From assembly GCF_009914755.1 (NCBI RefSeq), contig NC_060927.1: 64,000 bases of DNA; one strand, written 5' to 3'. The position numbers and the translations under genes are program-made. Under the pieces are notes generated by a model that worked only from the letters and a program-made list of their open reading frames with translations, searched no databases and was not told the DNA's origin. This document shows positions 62,443 to 64,000 of the stretch, piece by piece. The DNA comes from the human T2T-CHM13v2.0 reference genome, Homo sapiens. Position 1 is the first letter of the stretch. Each line of letters starts with the position of its first letter.

Positions 62443-64000
62443 CTGATCTACATTTTAATAACTCTACTCGCAAAAACAAAACTAAATTAAAATCAAGCAA
62501 ATAAAAGGTAGGGAGACATATGCTTGAAGCAAGATATATAAAAACCAAAGATAAGTCAGTGCAGGAATTTTAATTCAGTTCAACAGACATTCATTGCATT
62601 CTAGAAGGTGGCACACCTCAGTATGAGCAGCCCACTCAAGTCTTAATCCTTCTGAGGCCCCCTTTGTGGGCCTAGGTCCATCTGTTACACTTTCTATGAA
62701 ATATCTGGCGTCAAGTTGGATTTGATGATGTTACTTTGTAATAACATTCTGTCTACATCACTTCCTCTTGTTATCCAGGAGCACTTGGCAACTCCCACTA
62801 TATTTTTTCAGCACCCCCACTCTCCTTTCCTGTGTATTCATGCCCTTAACAGACATAGGAGGTTAACTATTTCAGAAGGAATTGTACCAAGCATCAGGTG
62901 GGCAGAGTCTCTATGAATTCCTGCTTTGAATCCTTGCTGAGCCAGTTTTCAATAGGAAGATAATATTTCGTATTGTTCAGATTAGTACAATCAAGCCATG
63001 GCAATAATGGAGACGCTTAGAAAATGGGGGCTAGGTAAATTTAGCAATAGGCTCAGTTATATTTTGTCCAGGTAATAAGTGGCTCTTTTGAAATAAGACA
63101 AAGCTGATCACTTCATTATTTGATTAGATTCTTCTAATTGTGCCCAGGTGATCAGTTAATTCTCTGCTAAGTCTCAAAACAAATTTAGAAAATCAAAAGA
63201 GGATGCTGAGAATAGAAACCAAACAACACTTTGCTATCTTGTACAGATAGTGCTAATTGACCTTTCTCCTGTTACTTTCAAGGCAATTAGGGAGGATAAT
63301 TGTAGCTTAAGAAACTTAGCACAAGTTAGAGGGAAGAGTAACAACAGATGGAAACAGGGATATATTTTGCCTTGAGAAAGTTAAGTGATACCATTTGTGA
63401 CAAGGTCTCTGATGCTGGGAGTGGGAGGTAATTTCTACAGATTCACTGGCATATAAGGCCTGCATGTATCTATATATGTTGTAGGAAGTTCCAATTTCTA
63501 ACTTTCTCTTAGATCTTTTGTCCTAAAAGTCAGGGGAACATCCATGACCCTGATTCATTTATTTCAAAGAGAGGTATGCTGGCATCTGTTGTGGAATATT
63601 TCTAAGGGTCAAACTGCACATTATTCTGAACTGACGCCAGAGCAGGCAAACTCTTCATTTGTAAGAAAAAAATGATAGATGCTGCCTTTAGGAGCTATCA
63701 TATTTACTTCATGCACCTCAGCAGGCTTTGTTCTTGAACATTAGGAAAGTGAGCAGGACTTGGTTTCAGAATGAGGTTGGATGAATCACATTGACTAGAA
63801 ACTGTATTATCATATTCCGTTGTGTCTAATCTTGAAACAGGCAGAATGGTTTTGGTACTGCTGGGTAGAGGCTGTTTGTCTCTCTTCTGGCCTGGGATGA
63901 TGCAGTAACTCTGTCTCCTTGGCTACAGAGAAAAATATGATGCCCCTGTCCTGATTCTGTCCTAGCCAAAGAAGATTCATTTGGGGAGCTCAGCACATTT

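Overview
This is human genomic DNA: an AluYa5 with all five diagnostic bases is present, and that subfamily is almost exclusively human. The window is AT-rich and repeat-dense, and I found no recognisable cellular protein-coding exon, RNA gene or CRISPR array. It looks intronic or intergenic. It contains 18 Alus (16 on the minus strand), a full-length ~6.0 kb L1PA2/PA3-type LINE-1 (31888-37904, minus) with disrupted ORFs, a 5'-truncated older L1PA in the opposite orientation (44191-46436), an old ~6 kb L1M nested in a hAT transposon, and many LTR, MIR, L2 and DNA-transposon relics. Main findings: (1) the two inverted L1s have 3' ends of different subfamily type yet share six non-consensus substitutions, suggesting ectopic gene conversion or a recurrent ~10-14 kb inversion; (2) the full-length L1 antisense promoter carries a perfect CAG|GTGAGT donor and points along the likely host transcription direction; (3) a candidate 24-nt microexon abuts a 75-bp local duplication; (4) one AluY shows a weak-to-strong mutation cluster; (5) a 5'-truncated AluYa5 may be polymorphic; (6) a perfect 15-bp hairpin. 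Subfamily names come from remembered consensus sequences and need RepeatMasker/Dfam confirmation.
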